39,499 nt of DNA. Origin: Shigella phage SFP20. Both the position numbers and the translations under genes were made by a program. The DNA lies in the sequence record OQ031076. The stretch is one strand, 5' to 3'. The notes beneath the pieces were generated by a model. The model made no database searches. It saw nothing but the letters and a program-made list of their open reading frames with translations, and was not told the DNA's origin. This document shows positions 39,395 through 39,499 of this stretch, one piece after another; position 1 is the stretch's first letter; the number at the start of each line of letters is the position of its first letter.

Positions 39395-39499
39395 CCAAGA
39401 GTTACGACTCAAGGTTTCCCTGTAACTTCAGTCCATACGGATTGGGCACAACGAAGTCACTAAACTTTATTTCTTTCATTCGAATAGGAGAATTATCAT

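Overview
The window is essentially one complete genome of a T7/T3-like podophage (Autographiviridae, T7 supergroup), about 39.5 kb, presented circularly permuted. Position 1 is the ATG of the major capsid gene (gene 10) and the window ends with the phi10 promoter and ribosome-binding site that precede it, so the two window ends are adjacent in the real molecule. All convincing genes are on the + strand in canonical T7 order: 10A/10B, 11, 12, 13, 14, 15, 16, 17, 17.5, 18, 18.5/18.7, 19, 19.5; then the genome-end region (about 17.46-18.65 kb) with terminal-repeat-like sequence, CCTACAGT repeat arrays and sigma70-type early promoters; then early genes 0.3 (T3-type SAM lyase), 0.7 kinase, gene 1 RNA polymerase, 1.1, 1.2, 1.3 ligase; then DNA-metabolism genes 2, 2.5, 3, 3.5, 4, 5, 5.5, 5.7, 6; then 6.5, 6.7, 7, 7.3, 8 portal and 9 scaffold. 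Twelve phage-RNAP promoters share a consensus AATAAACCCTCACTATAGGGA, a T3-like -12..-8 with a T7-like -4..-1. Conserved stem-loops with shared flanks are likely RNase III sites, and there are two intrinsic terminators (Tphi after gene 10, TE after ligase). I do not see a clearly novel multi-gene system. The less canonical content is a tail fiber carrying an SGNH/GDSL esterase domain, a gp16 N-terminus that does not resemble the T7 transglycosylase domain, a kinase-only 0.7, and several small unassigned early and middle ORFs. All assignments are from reading the translations and sequence by eye against remembered T7/T3 proteins; no searches were run.
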